Notes under the pieces: generated by a model | The model's input: the letters and a program-made list of their open reading frames with translations, nothing else | Databases searched by the model: none | What the model was told of the DNA's origin: nothing | In this document: positions 50,909 to 52,618 of the stretch, one piece after another | Layout: every line of letters begins with the position of its first letter | Position numbering within the stretch: the stretch's first letter is position 1 | Program-made: the position numbers and the translations under genes | Source: Acidobacteriota bacterium | Lineage (GTDB): Bacteria; Acidobacteriota; Terriglobia; Acidiferrales; UBA7541 | Reading direction: 5' to 3' | Length of the DNA stretch: 52,618 nucleotides | NCBI GenBank assembly: GCA_043758915.1 | Contig: JAYVMO010000002.1 | Span: 1-52,618, forward strand

Positions 50909-51013
50909 ATGAAACGAACCGCTAATTTCGCCGCTGCCGCCCAGCTCTCCCTGCCGCTCGCCGCGCAGCTGCTGTTCCGCAACCCCTATACTGGTTCTCA
51001 GCCGAAGCCATGA
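50909..51013 (+). other. Possible 34-codon small ORF or signal-peptide remnant coupled (ATGA) to the downstream gene
   Basis: MKRTANFAAAAQLSLPLAAQLLFRNPYTGSQPKP*. Its TGA overlaps ATG 51010. Confidence 0.3.
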
Positions 51014-52173
51014 CCTTTCCCCGTTTCCGCAAGCAGTCCTCTTGGCTCCGCCGATGTCTCCGCACCCTGCTATGTTTCGTCGTGGGCTTCTGCTCTTTCA
51101 CTCCAGGGCGCGCTCAAACCATCAACCTCGAAAAACCTCTCCAGTCCATCAACGAAGACGTCACCGCCTTCGCCTTCTCCCCCGATGGCCGCATCGTCTA
51201 CTCTGTCCGCCAGCTAGTGAAAACCAAAAAGTACGATTTCCAGCGCGACGATATCTGGCTCCAGGAATCCAATGGTAAGCGCCGCCGCCTCCTCCAGGGC
51301 GACAAGCTCGCATACAGCAACCCTCTCTTCAGCTATAGCGTCGAATCCTTCCACTGGGCGCCCGACGGCCATACCATCCTTGCCGAAATTTTCCTCGCCC
51401 TGGCCACCGGCGACAGCGGCAACACCACCGACAGCCGCATGGCTCTGCTCCTCGCGGACTCCGGCAAAACCATCAAGGTCGCCGACAGCAAAGACCTCTT
51501 CTTCGAAGCCACCGACCCTGGCTGGCTCTCCGACAACTCCACCGTCGCCTATCTATCCGAAGTCGTGAAGCCGCACGTGCTCTTCAGCATGTTCTCCCTC
51601 CGCTACGCGACGGGCCGCGCCCGCCCAGCCTTTGAAGGCCGCACCTTTCTCGATGCCGCCTGGCTTCCTCGCACCAACATCGGCATCGCCGTCGAACGCG
51701 GCCGCAACACGGACGGCCCGCCCCGCCTCCAGCGCCTCGATCTCGCCCTGGACACCGATCGGGAGCTTGCCACCCTCGACGGCTACACCGGCGGCCTCTC
51801 CCTTTCTCCCAGCGGAAAATTCGCCGCCTACTACATCGATAACGAAGTCCTCGAAGTCCGCGACCTCACTTCACCCAATCGTATCGCCCGTCTTCGTATC
51901 GGCCTCGGCGTCTTCCAATGGTTGCCCGGCGAAACGCGCCTCCTCCTCAAGCGCGCCATCGAAAAAAAATCCGGCGACCTCGTCTGGATCGACCTCCCGC
52001 CGCTCGCCGCCGTCACTCCTGGCAAGGAAATTCCCGTCCTCCAGCCCACCCCTGTTCCGCTTCTTCACAACCTCGCTTTCCGCGATTTCGCCATCTCTCC
52101 CGACGGCCGCTTCCTCGGCCTCGTCGCCCCCGGCAAGCACAACCTCCAAATCTTCCCCCTCCCCAGCCGCTAG
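51010..52173 (+). CDS. Secreted TolB/WD40-like beta-propeller protein
   Basis: Signal-peptide-like N-terminus (...GRA-Q) and repeated FSPDG, WAPDG, LSPSG and ISPDG blade motifs. Confidence 0.75.
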   Translation: MTFPRFRKQSSWLRRCLRTLLCFVVGFCSFTPGRAQTINLEKPLQSINEDVTAFAFSPDGRIVYSVRQLVKTKKYDFQRDDIWLQESNGKRRRLLQGDKLAYSNPLFSYSVESFHWAPDGHTILAEIFLALATGDSGNTTDSRMALLLADSGKTIKVADSKDLFFEATDPGWLSDNSTVAYLSEVVKPHVLFSMFSLRYATGRARPAFEGRTFLDAAWLPRTNIGIAVERGRNTDGPPRLQRLDLALDTDRELATLDGYTGGLSLSPSGKFAAYYIDNEVLEVRDLTSPNRIARLRIGLGVFQWLPGETRLLLKRAIEKKSGDLVWIDLPPLAAVTPGKEIPVLQPTPVPLLHNLAFRDFAISPDGRFLGLVAPGKHNLQIFPLPSR

Positions 52174-52263
52174 ACCACAGCAACACCCACTCCGTCAATT
52201 TTGTGGTTGCTTTGCACCATTCCATGCATTGCTATGATATTCTCAGCTTGGAAGTGGGGTTTC

Positions 52264-52488
52264 ATGATGCCGGACCGAGAGAGTGTAATTGTTCAAGACC
52301 CCGATATCCGTAGCGGAGACCCGGTTTTTCGCGGTACCCGTGTGCCGTTTCAAACCCTATTGGACTACTTGAAGGGCGGGGAAACTCTGGACGAGTTCCT
52401 CAAGCAATTTCCCGGTGTTTCCCGCCAAGCCGCTATCGCCGCCCTTGAAGAAGCGAAGGCGCTCGTCCTTGCCCGCTTCGCAAAATGA
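52264..52488 (+). CDS. DUF433-family antitoxin
   Basis: DPDIRSGDPVFRGTRVP...LLDYL.GG.TLDEFL..FP.V. Confidence 0.9.
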   Translation: MMPDRESVIVQDPDIRSGDPVFRGTRVPFQTLLDYLKGGETLDEFLKQFPGVSRQAAIAALEEAKALVLARFAK

Positions 52489-52618
52489 AAATTCTTATCG
52501 ACGAATGTCTTCCCGTCGACCTAAAACCACATTTTGCATCTTATGGCCACGATTGCCAGACCGTTCGGGAAGCCGGCTTCGGTAGCAAGAAAAACGGTGA
52601 GCTTCTAACTCTGGCGGA
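52485..52618 (+). CDS. DUF5615 (PIN-like) toxin, partial
   Basis: Manual translation MKILIDECLPVDLKPHFASYGHDCQTVREAGFGSKKNGELLTLA..., with an ATGA overlap to DUF433. Confidence 0.85.
   Translation, partial: MKILIDECLPVDLKPHFASYGHDCQTVREAGFGSKKNGELLTLA

Overview
A GC-rich bacterial core-genome segment, probably from an Acidobacteriota genome. This is an inference from the fused LptF-LptG, the 'LSQGDIEKRTGLLRCYISRVENGHTVP' XRE regulator and the DUF1844-MBL-ribF neighbourhood. It holds about 45 genes, mostly housekeeping: an ECF sigma/anti-sigma/Spy-like cluster, guaA, leuS, nfo, aroF, GH57, lptFG, recO-glyQ-glyS-ppdK, mazG-GNAT-menC/NSAR-EamA-leuB-like, uppS-cdsA-dxr-rseP-fur, CYTH, oligopeptidase B, mutS, anmK, a peptide ABC substrate-binding protein, tsaC, a TrmH methylase, rarA, and a DUF433/DUF5615 toxin-antitoxin pair cut by the window end. 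I found no rRNA, tRNA, CRISPR array, transposase or prophage. The most notable observations are: (1) a putative ribosome-controlled attenuator (promoter, 49-codon Pro-rich leader ORF, mutually exclusive antiterminator and terminator) ahead of a membrane-less MgtE cytosolic sensor and an NRMT-type Nramp, a candidate Mg2+-responsive two-part uptake system; (2) an in-frame fusion of a PhnP-like metallo-beta-lactamase hydrolase to RibF; (3) REP-like and other short repeats lying in-frame inside coding sequences; and (4) several small ORFs missed by the ORF track. All calls come from reading the sequence by eye; no searches were run.
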